This document shows, piece after piece, positions 23,001 to 34,900 of a stretch of DNA of 64,000 nt; position 1 is the stretch's first letter, and every line of letters starts with the position of its first letter. Position numbers and translations under genes: made by a program. Under the pieces are notes generated by a model. That model was not told the DNA's origin, made no database searches, and saw only the letters and a list, made by a program, of their open reading frames with translations. The DNA is taken from the NCBI GenBank assembly GCA_964016885.1, contig OZ024742.1, positions 277,140,001 to 277,204,000 on the forward strand, read 5' to 3'. This stretch comes from Eledone cirrhosa. Taxonomy: Eukaryota.

Positions 23001-25867
23001 GTCTACGCTGTAAAGTGGTAGTGCTGGGGTTATGATAACATGCATATTGTAATTGGCATTAGGAAGGACATCTAACCATAGAAACGATGCCAAAATGTAA
23101 CATATGAGCAAGATGTGGCTATTTGTTCTGTCCAGCCTCAATGTAACCACCTGTCCAACCTACACCAGCATGGAAAACAGATATGAACCGGTGATGATAA
23201 TGATGTATGTTCTAGTTTTAATTTGACTATCTATACTGCCCACCTCCTCATTTCACAATTGTTGCCTTGTACTAATGTAAGAAATGATTATCAATCTGAT
23301 TAACACTGGATACTTGTGTGCATGTGGAATATAGACACACACACACATGCATATAGTGAAAAAAAATTATGTTGCATTTTTGTGAGTACTACCATCCTTT
23401 ATTACATGTTTCTAATGAGTCAATCACTGGTTCACTATATTGTTGAGAGTGACAAGGAAGCATCTATGTAATTTGAGCAGAACAAATACCACAAGGTTTA
23501 AGGCTATTGTGGAAGACACTCACCTGAGGAGATCTGTATTAGGTTTGAAACTGGAAGCGCATGCTTGTAAAGATATATGCATGTGTATGAGCAGGGGTGA
23601 CTATATACTTTGTGTGTGTCTCTCTCTCTGATAATTCTTAAAAAATGATTTAGCCTATGCTTTATTTTTTCTAACCCGATAATTCAGCATTTTAGATTCA
23701 AATTTAGTAAGGGTTTCCTTTATTTTTCTGTCTTCTGTGGTTGATAAAAAGATATATCAATAATATATAGGGTTTCTGTAATGAAGTAGTTGTGTAAAAA
23801 AAGAAGAAAAATTGGGAGTAAACTATATAAATATTTTAAGGCTATTTTCCCTGCAAAAAATTGGGGTTAGCTTTCTCCACTTTGCTTTATCATCTGCATC
23901 CTCCCTCACTAAACTGTTGCCTTTTATTTCCTCCTCCATTATCCCCAGCCATATTGTTTTTGGTTTTCTCCTTCCTCTACTCCCCTCCACATTCATTCCC
24001 ATTACTCTTCTCGTCCAGTCACTTTCATTTTTCTGCAACACATGAGCCATTTGTCTGCCATTTCTCTTCACAACATTCGTTACTGGGTCGTTTCCATTAT
24101 CCTCTGCAATTCATTGTTTGTCTTCCTCTCTTTGAGCAAATTTCCACTGAGCCATTCTCAATTTCTATTCTTTCCAACCATCTTTGCTGCTCCACTTTCA
24201 TCACCCATATCTCACTCCTATAAATCATGGCACTTCTCATACATGTAGTATACACCTTTCCCTTCAGTTTCAGTGACCCTCTTCTCTTCATTAACATGCC
24301 ACTCAGTTCTTGGAACTTCTTCCATGCACATCTCATTCTAGATACTGTTGTGAAGTCTCATCTACCTTTTCCATTCAGCATGTCTCCAAGGTAACACAAC
24401 ATTTTCATACCTTTCATTGTCTCACCCCACCCCATTTATAGTTTCCCGCATACACACTTTACACTTAAATGTAGGTGCAACATTATTTAATAATCCCTTC
24501 ACACCACTGCATTTTCAATATATCCACCCAGTACATATTGTATATTTAATGGAGTTTACTCCAACACCCTTCCTGTGTGTGACACACAGCCACCTTCCAG
24601 TTTTTTCTACTTCACCACAACCTTTACTTCTGCCATCACTTTTGTCTTTCCAAAATTCACCTTCATACCTTTTGCCTTAATATCTTCCACCTATTCATCT
24701 TCTCCCTTAGTCCATTCATACTCTTTGCTATTAACACCAGATCATCTGCATACATCATCTCCCATGGTAAACTCTCCTTTACACTTTGGGCTTGTACCTC
24801 CATCACAACTACAAATAGTAGGGGGTTAATACTGATCTCTGATTCACTCCAGCCTTCACTTCTAACTCATCACTGTTTTCTTCCACTCCTAACTTTATCA
24901 ATTGCCATGTCACTACTTCATGTCCAACAAACCCAAAACACAAATTCATCCTCTTGTCCCTGTATTTCTCTTGTAACTGCTTCATAGCAAATATTGCATC
25001 AATCATACATATTTGTATTTTTTATGCAGTTGTATTTATATATGCACCATTTACTATGACTATTTTACATGAAGTAATGTTCCTTAAATTCAGCTCAATC
25101 ATCAGAGGCAAACATATGCACTCAATGTCACTCAGTAATGACATAGTTACAGAAGCAGTTTAATTTCTGCCTTCATTTCAACTATATTTTATGCATTATT
25201 AACCTGTTGACTACCGCGTATATTTTACACAGCTACAGTTGCTGTGCCGTTTTCTTTTCTTTTTTTGTCAGTAAAATGACTATTTTTTAAACAAACATTT
25301 ATTAACAACACATATCTGAATGATTGACAAGCGTCACATCAATAAACTAGTAACCCCATCTACCTTTGAAGTTATGAACTATTGGAAACAAGTTCATAAC
25401 TTTGAAATTATGAACTATTGGAAAAGAGTCCAAATATGTTAGGATGAGTTCTCATCTACGGCACTGAAGAGGTTAAATGGAACTGAAGGAATGTGGGATT
25501 ACTATCATTTCACATATATTACATTGAAGTTAAAAGGCTGTGGAAATTGTATCTCTCTATTATCAAATAGAAACCATTTACTAAATTAAACACTAAATTC
25601 TATACATTAAACTAGCATTTATATAATGAATTGGAAATCATTTACTTTTTATATTTAATAAATATTTATAGTTTTAATTTCTGTTGGCATAATCCTGATA
25701 TATAAACTTATCTGGTGCTAAGATGCTTCAACTGGTGTTTTTTGTTTTTGTTTTGTATATTTTAAATACTTTTATAAAATTTTTTCAAAGTTATTATCTC
25801 TAATTTATTCCGTTATTTCTAGGACGAGACACCCCAGGGGTTCTTTGAAGATCATGGTTTAGGTTGA
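874..25867 (+). CDS. AP1S2: AP-1 complex subunit sigma (clathrin adaptor small chain), spliced gene; join(874..1052,3098..3206,4632..4769, then 18261..18305 or 25823..25867); 156 aa from ATG 874
   Basis: The spliced translation [19 protein letters not shown]...[17 protein letters not shown]...[21 protein letters not shown]...[20 protein letters not shown] is clearly AP-1 sigma. All introns are GT-AG and the phases are compatible. The symbol denotes the family, since invertebrates have a co-ortholog of AP1S1/2/3. Confidence 0.97.
1410..1565 (-). mobile_element. Older SINE family 1-related copy, antisense
   Basis: tcgaccccagta..actggtacttttttattgacctcgaaaggatgaaagg...ggatttgaactcag. Confidence 0.75.
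2494..2767. mobile_element. TTAA-flanked piggyBac-type MITE interrupted by a family 2 tail fragment (~2564-2620)
   Basis: TTAA|ccctttagcattta ... taaatgctaaagtg|TTAA; internal sequence shared with 15450-15655. Confidence 0.72.
2882..3060 (+). mobile_element. Young tRNA-derived SINE (family 1, Deu/Nin-like core), full length
   Basis: A-box-like tggcagtatcgg, B-box gagttcaaatccc, core gcctttcatcctt..ggtcgataaaataaagtaccag; 16-bp TSD attatatgattttctc (2866-2881, 3061-3076). Confidence 0.9.
3098..3206 (+). CDS. AP1S2: AP-1 sigma internal coding exon (109 nt): (R)[36 protein letters not shown]
   Basis: Acceptor ttttcag|G TAT GCT, donor GGC AGC|gtgagt; phase matches the previous exon. Confidence 0.97.
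4021..4155 (-). mobile_element. tRNA-head CORE-like SINE; related copies ~15295-15445(+), 22380-22510(-), 43075-43228(-)
   Basis: Minus strand tggctgtgtggttaagaa...caaccacatggtc...ccacagtgtggaaccttgggcaagtgtc; accttgggcaagt resembles the MIR/CORE domain. Confidence 0.6.
4632..4769 (+). CDS. AP1S2: AP-1 sigma internal coding exon (138 nt): [46 protein letters not shown]
   Basis: Acceptor cctggcag|GTA TGT GAA, donor CAA GAG|gtaaga, phase 0. Confidence 0.97.
7437..7586. mobile_element. Decayed hAT-type MITE
   Basis: Left end cagtggttcccaaa, degenerate right end, flanks ttctagag / gtctagag. Confidence 0.6.
7861..7896 (-). ncRNA. Minimal hammerhead-ribozyme-like motif within a short dispersed repeat (Penelope-like/retrozyme-type)
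   Basis: Minus strand reads UCUU CUGAUGA A AGAC-uauu-GUCU GAAA UG UU AAGA: both core boxes, 4-bp stem II, 4-bp stem I and a vestigial stem III. Confidence 0.55.
7989..8050. repeat. (TA)n microsatellite
   Basis: Direct; similar tracts at ~28868-28905, 29810-29850 and 44347-44374. Confidence 0.95.
9761..9933. repeat. 73-bp tandem repeat, about 2.4 units
   Basis: aa(t/c)gcctcat recurs at 9761, 9834 and 9907. Confidence 0.8.
11587..14886. repeat. Intronic minisatellite, 24-bp monomer / 48-bp dimer (tttagctgcttcactgccatacag + tgtaattgctacagcaccgtacag), roughly 135 monomers
   Basis: Directly visible tandem array with a homogeneous centre and degenerate edges. It generates the 565 aa (+) and 1016 aa (-) repetitive ORFs. 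Confidence 0.97.
14916..15052 (+). mobile_element. SINE family 1, 5'-truncated
   Basis: Same B-box, core and tail; TSD attattatttcta (14903-14915, 15053-15065). Confidence 0.88.
15450..15655. mobile_element. Second copy of the TTAA/CCC MITE
   Basis: ttaa|ccctttcgcaatttacattactctatat...ggtttaaatgctaaaggg. Confidence 0.72.
17604..18101. repeat. Long imperfect inverted repeat (arms ~17604-17811 and 17896-18101) with an inner hairpin 17846-17894
   Basis: For example ccaaatgacagctgacaacatt...ccaaattaggaattatatacaatagctttagtagt is the near reverse complement of actactaaagctattgtatatagttcctaatttgg...aatgttgtcagctgtcatttgg. Confidence 0.93.
18261..18305 (+). CDS. AP1S2: AP-1 sigma alternative terminal exon A: [14 protein letters not shown]
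   Basis: Acceptor tttcctattttccccttaag|GAT GAG; phase 0; 14 codons plus TAG. Resembles known AP-1 sigma C-termini (acidic start, L-x-D/E-x-GL end). Confidence 0.85.
   Translation, partial: DEALESTLKDYGLV
19489..19672 (+). mobile_element. SINE family 1, full length
   Basis: Near-identical to 2882-3060; TSD attattct(g/a)aaagtttg (19472-19488, 19673-19689). Confidence 0.9.
20981..20986 (+). promoter_or_regulatory. Candidate poly(A) signal for the exon A isoform
   Basis: AATAAA followed by GU-rich gctgtttgtgtgtgtg. AATAAA is common in this AT-rich DNA, so this is tentative. Confidence 0.35.
21885..22070 (-). mobile_element. SINE family 1, full length, antisense
   Basis: Reverse complement of the family consensus; TSD tgatgagcaataat (21871-21884, 22071-22084). 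Confidence 0.9.
22092..22296 (-). mobile_element. Two tandem short retroposon 3'-end fragments with (ATT)n tail; near-identical copy at ~39990-40078
   Basis: aaattattgtgtacagtgctcaggtgcactacaa.tcatcaaaggtgcatgtatagtacatagaataatgtaca at 22105 and 40005, each preceded by (aat)n. Confidence 0.7.
23840..25006 (-). mobile_element. Decayed RTE-clade LINE reverse transcriptase fragment
   Basis: Broken frames [36 protein letters not shown]...[21 protein letters not shown] and [12 protein letters not shown] are typical of the RTE RT and C-terminus. Confidence 0.85.
25823..25867 (+). CDS. AP1S2: AP-1 sigma alternative terminal exon B: [14 protein letters not shown]
   Basis: Acceptor ccgttatttctag|GAC GAG ACA; phase 0; 14 codons plus TGA. 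Matches the ETPQxFFxDHGLG C-terminus I recall from invertebrate AP-1 sigma proteins. Confidence 0.92.
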   Translation, partial: DETPQGFFEDHGLG

Positions 25868-26555
25868 GGCATGACGTGCATGAGGCCAGTGTTTAAACAA
25901 AAACAAATTCACGTGCTTTCGCTACCCATTACCCCTTTCGTAAATTCCTATATCTTTCCTTCTTTCTCTCTGTCTTTCTCTCTTTCTCTCTCCCTCTATA
26001 TCTCTCTTAGTTTCTCTTTCATTCAACATGCAGCACATGTGACATATAGTAGGAAGATCTAATAGATTTATATGCATAACTACTGTCACCATTTGCCTGA
26101 AGCTCTTTTGAAGGAAGACATATTTATATATATTATATATACACACATGTATATATGTATCTACAAATACCAGCAGTTGGACCACCTGAAGAATCTTTTA
26201 TGTACACACACACATATATATATATATATACATACATATAATTTTTTTTTTTTTTATTTTCTTTACACCTAGAACTTTTAATATATGCCTCATTTTCAAA
26301 ACAAATAATCTTGCATTGAAGCATTGTGCAATAATATTAGCATGAACCATGACGCTAGCTTTATCTTGGCTCTTCAAATGACACATGCATATACTCCCAT
26401 ACAAACACATATGCATATACGCATACAAGTCCTTTCTGATCATGAACTTTACCTTGCATAATGTTTTTTTTTTTTTTATATTACTATTTTTTTAAATATA
26501 CATAAATGTGTGTGTATGTGCATCTTCTCTCTTTTATTAAGTTATTTTGATGTCG

Positions 26556-26577
26556 AATAAAAAACAAAAAAAATAAA
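26556..26577 (+). promoter_or_regulatory. Candidate tandem poly(A) signals for the exon B isoform
   Basis: AATAAA at 26556-26561 and 26572-26577 followed by U/GU-rich sequence. Confidence 0.35.
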
Positions 26578-26651
26578 CATTTTCATTGTTCGATGGAAAG
26601 CTTGTAGTTGTTTTTAAAAAACACCCCTTTTTCTCTAACCATTTTACCTAG

Positions 26652-26684
26652 GTTCTGGAAGGCGCTAACGACCAATTGGAATGA
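26652..26684 (+). other. Candidate additional 3' exon of AP-1 sigma (VLEGANDQLE* in phase 0, GSGRR* in phase 1, or UTR only)
   Basis: Pyrimidine tract ccccttttttctctaaccattttacctag with CTAAC at 26635-26639, followed by an abrupt switch to GC-richer sequence. No transcript support available. Confidence 0.45.
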
Positions 26685-27669
26685 AGTGCTGTTGTGTCAT
26701 GCGGACTGAATCAGCCAATCATTATATTAACCACTACTTCTGAGCATTTTGCAGCCTGATTATCTGCTTGATCTCTGCTCTCCCACACCCCAGCCCGCTA
26801 ACCCTTCAATTTAAAAAAAAAATTATTTTCTATTTGTTTTGTTCTCTCTTAAAGTTTTAGAACTATGGGGGAAAGAGGTGGGGGTGAAAAAAAGGACATC
26901 TCGTACTTTGTTTGTGTTAGATGTAAAAGAAGGGAAAGGGACATAACATTATTCTTGGAACTATTTTTGTAACTTGTGTATTGATTTATATTTTTTTTTG
27001 TTTTTAAATATTTTTATTTTTTTTTAAAAGAAAAATGGTTAAAAAAAACAGTTAAAGGAAAAATGAAAAAAGCTTCCCCAAATCTGCTGTCTCTGAATCC
27101 TGTTGCCCCCTCTTTTCTTCTATCCTTCTGGCTCCCTCCCCATTTTTTGGTGGCTGGGTGGGTCGTATTTTAATCAAATCTCTTAATTAGTGGGTGTTAA
27201 AGGGATATTTGGTAAGTCACAAGTACTCTTTGTCTTGTCCAAGTCATGTATAACTCTGTGTCTTCATTGTCTTACGGCTCTACCAAACCTCTTCCCTTAT
27301 ATATAATTATAATCAAACCCTCTTTCTACAGCATGTATAAAGTCCATTTATGATTACTGCATAGACATTTTAAAATTATGTACCATCGATAGAAAATCCA
27401 TTCACAGACTCCTAACATTCCCCAACTAAATATTTGTTTTTTTTTCAAAGTGCCCTTTTGTTTGATTTATAAAATAAAACAAAAAACAGGAAACACTCAC
27501 ACACATACACATATATAATAATTAATTGCTCATAACTTCTAATGGATTGCTCAAGTTTTTCTTGGGGGGGGGGGGGGGGGGGGGTATTCTTAATCAGTTC
27601 AGATTTATTGAAATGTAATCAAAATTTAAAAACCTTTCCCATCCTATTTAGCAATAATAATAATAATGA

Positions 27670-27850
27670 TTTCTAATCTAGATACAAAGCCAGTAATTTG
27701 GAATGGGCAAAAAGTCAATTAAATTGAACCTAGTACTTGATTGGTACTTTATTTTATTGATCCTTGGAAGGATGAAAGGCAAAATTGGTCTTGGCTGAAT
27801 TTGAACTCAGAATATAAAGAGTCAAAGCAAATACCACCAAGTCTTCTATT
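27670..27850 (-). mobile_element. Older SINE family 1-related copy, antisense
   Basis: ggtactttattttattgatccttggaaggatgaaaggcaaa...atttgaactcag. Confidence 0.7.
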
Positions 27851-28862
27851 TGACGGAAATATTAATTTGTAACATTAGTACAAGGTCACCTTTTTCCTCC
27901 TTGCTCTATTGTTTCTGCCAATCCACCACCCTAATAATGATTATTTTTGTAGCAATGGTGGTATTAGGCTAAAGGCCTTGTATTTAATCATGTCTTTTTA
28001 TGTTCTGATTTCAACTCCTGCCGGGGTTAATTTAATCATTCATCTCTAAGTAGTCGACAAATGAAATACCAATCAAACACTAGAATTGAATAAATCAACT
28101 AAATTCATCTCCAAAAATGTATAACTTTCAGGTAAAATTAGAAGTGTTATAACTATCATGAAAGGTAGAACAAAATTTTGAGAAAATTTAAGTTTTCAAT
28201 GGAAGTTGAAAATATCATTTATAAAATCAATTTTTTTAAAATTTCTGAAATGTTTTAAAAAATTATATAAAAAAAAATTGGAAGTTTCTTGAAATTTTAG
28301 AAAAGATTCTTTGAATTCCAATTTTTAAGTTGAATCTTTTTTTTCAGAGATATTCAGTTTTCAAGAGAAATATCTAGTAATTCTCAAATATATCTAAGGA
28401 ATCCCATATTTTTTCCATTTTCCCATTATTATTATTATTATTATTATTATTGGATAGATAAATTCAAATTATATGTCAGATCTTCTCAATTACTAAGAAT
28501 GATTTAGTAACATTTTAGTACTTCTAATAGCCAGTATAGATAAAGTTTATATAATATAAAATAATTTTAAACGATATATTAAGATATATCAATTGAGAAA
28601 CTAACCAAGCTTTAATATATATATATATAAACAAATACAGTTTAAGGTGTTAAATAAAAACATTACTCACATAATGATTAAGTTATATTTAACTGAGTGT
28701 ACTTCCAAATATGACCATCCAATCATAGATAGATCTGTTTCTTAGAGTCAGAAAATATTGAATGTTCACCATCGATGACAGTAATTAGTATCAATCATCA
28801 ACTATCGATTGTGAAAACTCAATCAAGACTATGATTCTCTTCGTCAGTATGTTTAAGTTTTC

Positions 28863-28909
<47 letters not shown>

Positions 28910-31900
28910 TGATTTATTCATTTCCTTACAACATATTCTGATATTTCAGCAAAGGAACTGTTTACTAAGCCTTTCTAGAAGAGGCTTAGTGAACACTATA
29001 GCTCGTGTAAGAAAATAAAATTTATATATTTACTTTAGTTTAAATATTGAATTCTTTTTGGACTACTAAAAACACTAGATTAGGGCTCAGTGTGTGCATA
29101 TGTATATATATATATACACAGTAAGATCCCCTTAGTGTAGATCCTAACCAAGATTGAATCCCAGACCAGGATCTTCTGTCTCTAATACCTCCTATTAGAC
29201 AATTTATATATAATTTTTCTCTTTATAGTTTAGCAACTCTTACCTCATATTTATTTGCTGCTGGAAATGTTCTTTCAAATAAAAATAACTATTCCCCAAC
29301 CTATTCACTGCTCTATGAATGTTATAAGGCTTTCAAAGCTGTCTCTGTCTAAAGAAGATTGAGAAAGTTTGATCAATGAAGATCAGATTGTGTGAGTCAC
29401 TGCTGTATTTAGCTGCTCATAAAACTCATAAACTGGACAGTTTATCAATTTTAATAAACAAACATACACATTTGGATATGCATGTATGTAAATGAATGTT
29501 ACAACAAACTATTTTTACTCAATTGTCATGCACACCTTCACTCAATTTCAAAGTCGCATAAATTAGAACTTAATTAGTTTGTTTCTCAAATTGAGATTTC
29601 AAAAGGATACCAGAAATATTTATTCAAATTATGTAGTACACATGCTTTACTGTGGTTTGTTGATAGAATGTTTATATGTATTTCTAGTCTAATCGAGTTT
29701 TTTTTCGTTTTTAAACGTTGAATCTATAGGTCTCTCTATCTATATATATATATATACACACATATATGTGTGTGTGTGTGTGTGTGTATGTAAAACATGC
29801 ACACACACACTATATATATATATATATATATATCTATATATATATATATAAATAAATTGTGTGTGTGTGCATGTGTTTTGTTTTACAAGTTGTGTCTGTG
29901 TGTGTTTATATATTTTTTCTTCATATATATATATTCAGGAAAGCTTATTATTCAGCTTCTTCTCTGCTTATCCTAGTCTATAAATATTGATCTCCATTCC
30001 ATAGGCTGTAGAAGGGTAACTAACAATTCCCAAATCCAAAAGTCATATTCAACAGCTTCCTACCACACTGTGTGTGTGTTTGTTGTGTACTCAATGTTTC
30101 TTTCAGTGAATGTCTTATATTTTTAAAAATCTTTATTCATTAAGTACCATGTCTAACATAAATTTTGACCTAGTTGAATTATTTAACATCAAGCAATGAT
30201 TGTTTATTGGCTATAGTTGTATATTCTTGTGTTGAACTTGTTTAGCAGGCTATTTTGGTCTGTTTGTGTCTTGGTACTAAATCAGTTGCATTGTGGTAGC
30301 CATTGTTGTCATTAAATACATACATACATACATACATACAAACATACATATATATTCATTTTTTCTACGTTATTTTGTATAATAATATTTGTATATCTTA
30401 ATGTATTATTACACTGGTAGATAAATTGCACCCTCATTTTATACTCAACTTTCTTAGCTCAATACTTGACTTGCATATAAGTCATAGGCTGTATTTATCA
30501 ATACTGTTTATATATACTTGGATGAACAAACTAAACATATTTTCTCCCATAAGAGATCTAATAAAACTACATGTAAACAAATCTTTTGGTTGCTCTTAAA
30601 TTAAATCTGTCAGTGAAGCCTTAATGCTCTATATTTAATAATTTTATTTAATACATTTAAGCAAATGTATCAATGCAGTCATTTCATCACATGCATTAAT
30701 AAAATAATGCACTCCAGTTACCCTGGTATATTTATACACCATTTTCTTAGCATTTTACTTATACCGAATATATTTTCTGGTGTAAAATGCATATTTTGGA
30801 AACTTATCAAAGAGTACAAATTACATGTGAGCAATATCCAGACAATAAATGGTAGTGGTCTGCTCTGTTTCTATATGGTGTAATTATAATGCATGGCAAC
30901 ACTAATTGGCTTCACATCTTATCAGTAAAGGATTCAAGAGCTTCTTTACCTACAGTAAATTGTGTTCAGAAATAGCCATATTGACTAGTAAATGAATGAT
31001 TAAAGTGTGCCATTATGGTCTGGAGTTAAATGACAAAAACAATATTTTACGAACTACACATTATAGATAAGGCAGAGTCAAAAGGTGCAATCCATACGGT
31101 AATTGAATAAAGCCAGTCTTGCCCAGGTATTGCTCTGGTTTCTGGAACATTTCTTCCATTTCTTTTGTATTGTAATTCTTTCTGATGAATTTATATTCTG
31201 ATATACACATGCTCTCTCTCTCTCTCCAGCAAACCTACATGTAAATGTTTTTACATGTTTACACACAGCTTTTCTTTGTATAGTCCTGAAAACATACATA
31301 TTTACATTCTTATAACATACACAAACATATTTGTTTAGAAATTTCTTGAATGTTCATCTTAGTGTTTTCTGGGTTTTGTCATTGACTTTGTTACTGCTTA
31401 TCTTGAACATAGATCTTAGCCAAAGGTTTAAGCACTGCCAACTTTTGTATATACAAAAAATTCCTATAAAGATCTCAAGAGAAAAGAAAGGAAGGAAAAA
31501 ATAACGGAAAAGTGGATATTCTTTATATTTTATTTAGCTTTCGAGTTCATTTTTTCTTCATATTTGATACTGTTAATAGTTCATCCAGTTTTTTCTAATG
31601 TTTTTTCCCCATATATTATTACTTGAGTATTTTAATTTTAATATTTAGTTCTTTTTTGTTTGTTCATGTTTATATTATATTCCCTACTAAATAATAAATG
31701 TAGCTGGTGGATAAGGGAAGTAATTCATTTTTTTTTTTAGTATAACCATAGGTGTCAGCGGGATATGAACAATGTTTCTTCTACTTCCATAGAGTGTGTC
31801 TAGGGGAAGTTGGGCTGATATGGCTTAACATTTGATTTTATGCTAATGGAAGGATTTGAGCTTGGCATTACAAATTAATGAGATGCCTGTCTGTTAGACA

Positions 31901-34900
31901 AGATTACTGTTTCTCTTCTACGCTGCTTGTTGTGGTTAACTATATCTGCCTATGGTAACCTACATACAGGCTCCTGACAAGTTTCTGTCCCAGAAACATA
32001 TAACAACACCTGTGACTAATGATGTATTGATTGAGAACTAATTACTCTATCAATACCATATCCAGCTAGGTAGATATGATATTGAACTGCCAATTCCTAG
32101 GTTTTAAGTTGAAAATCTATGTAGTTGGAGAGTATGCTTAATTCTACATATTGTTTCAGTTCACTTAACGGTATTAAATATATATATATACCAAGCCAGC
32201 TAGGAAAGTTACCTGTGATAGCCTGGTAGCCTATCCAGAGGGATCTGTCTCCCAGACACTAATGCCTGACCTTTCATAGTTCAAAAGTCATTGCAAGTTA
32301 GTTTTTATTGTTGTTGTGTGTGTATTTTACCATGTCAATTTGTTTAATTATGATACTGAATTAGATTTTTAAACTAAATGTTCAAATTATTGAATCAAAA
32401 GATGAAATTTTGAAAGGCTACACTTGAATTCTTCCTTTTTCACTCACCCTCTTGTACTATCTCTAGTCAAATAAATAAATGGCAGGGTCATTTTCGGAGG
32501 ATTATAGTCTTCCTTCTATTCCAAAGTTTAACAATGTGAAATTGCTATTAATACCAATTCTTCAATTTGACTAACTTTGTAGTCTCTGTATTCCATGCCA
32601 ACTTCTGCAATTGCCCATGTATTATATGTGTATTTGTTTATTTGGGTATGTAATGTTTTTTTTTTTTTGGTTTTACTCATGGCTCATCAACAATTAATAT
32701 TTTATATCAGTGGTTGAGTACATGCTTTGTGAACAGCTCCAAAGCAATGGATGAAAATCTATGTAAAGTAACTATGCATTTTCATAGACACACGTGAATA
32801 TGAACACGCATTCATATACTATCTATATGGAAGCAATGTCTCTTTGATTAGTTCCAGCCAGTTGGCTTTGGCCATGTAAGGATAATGTTAGCAAAAAGAA
32901 ATATCTGTAATGTTCTTGTCTAAGATGTTTTTGGTTTAAATTTGCTATTCTGATGTAGAAATGTCCAAACAGATACAACATATGACTAACAATACAGTAT
33001 ATTACTACTATGGAACCTTTGATACTATAAACTATGTCTATTGACAAGCATTTATTTTACATTTCAATTACAAGATTTGTTTATTATATTTGGGAACTGC
33101 TTTCTTTATAGAAAATATTGAAACTTTTTTCCTAAAGTGGCAAAGCCTGAAACACAGGCAAACTGAGTTTACATTCTAGATTTCTTTTTATTCCATTCAC
33201 TTATACTGTTATCCTACCTTCTGTTGTATATCATAGGTCTTCTGTATAAATATGGATCAGTGTATCTTCCATCAGAACAAAATTAAATTATTCAACTGAC
33301 ATTTGTTACATTAGTGTTAAGTTGTTTTGTCTCTGGAGAGCCCTTATCCAGCATATTTATGATCGAAAGTCTTCCACTCATGACAATTCCATCTATATAC
33401 AGTATACCTAGAACTATATTAATCAAATGCTATTCCCTATTTCTAAAGATTTTAGTGTGTGAAATGGAGATTTGGCTGCTATTGTTAGCAGGTTGAGCAA
33501 ATGTGTAGAGGCTCCATCATTAGCTTGTTGATAAATTTTACCTCAGAATTGACCAGTAAAGTTTTATTTTCATATAGAATATATTTTCAATTATTTACTA
33601 TGTATTAACTGATATACAAATCTTTTTTGTGCGGTTTTACTACACTTTGACATATAGGTAACACATTTCAATCCACAGGAGGTTTTAAACTTAGCACTTA
33701 CTAGTCAAATTTTCAGAATTTACAATGCTGTTGTTTACTGTGGGGGAATACATCATGCGGTAATAACAGCAGTGATAAAAGAGGCAGCCCTTTGATCAGT
33801 TGTCCAATACCATATGAACTCCAACATCTGTGACTACATTGTGGTGAATGAATTTTTTATCTCATTTCAGAATCTATTTTAGGAATAAGTCATATTTATA
33901 TATGCAGACACATGTTGGATATTGTTGAGAGATAGGCACTAAGTTATTTAGATATCTACTTATTTCTTTTTATGACATTTTTCATCAAGAGCTGTAAACT
34001 TTCACTACTGTCATTTCCATTTCATCTAGAAAAGGAATAAAACTAAATAGCCATCCAATCTCTACAATTGGAGCTAACGAAGAAGCCTCTGTGTGGTCAA
34101 TCAACTTGCAAAATATAGCAGCCATATTACTCTTACATTATACCCTACTATTTTAAATGATAAATACATTGGATAATGTAGTCCTTGATATACAAATATA
34201 TGTGATGGTCATGGATGAAACAGTATTTTATCATGTCTGCTTAATTAAGACTGATATGGGCTAAAAATTAATCCAGTTCACTTGTATGTTAAATATTTAA
34301 TCAGTAATATAATCATACATCTTGTTGGTGTGTGTAATTCCCAAATCAGCCAGTCTCTTGGAGCTAAGGTTTTACCTAGTTTCTAAAGCGAGCGTCCATT
34401 GCAGATTTATTACCCATAATCAACAGATTTAATCTTGTGACCATGTTGGCTTGAATGATAAGACTAATATACCCTTCACAATAACTCTCACATGGTCAGC
34501 TATTTATTTTAAGAATTCCAAAGTAATGAGAAGCTAGATCAACCTAAGAGAGATTTGAACTTCAGAACTCTAGATTCCAAACTTACTAGCTAATATCCAC
34601 TCCAAGTCAAGGGTATCATACTTCCACACCAAGTTGCATGCTCTTGTATGTATGCCCACACATAAACACACACTAGGAACTTTGTAGTGTTCACTAGATT
34701 GCTTATTGTATTATTTAACTGCTGCTAACTCCAATATTAACACTTTACTACTAACAACAAATATAATAATGAATGTAGAGCCCGGAGAAAACTATTTAGT
34801 TTGCCTGCAGCCTTAGAAACACATTTTTATTGCCAGAAAAATCAAATAGTTGGTTTTATTCATCACATTAATGCTTCAGATGAAATTATATATATGAAAG

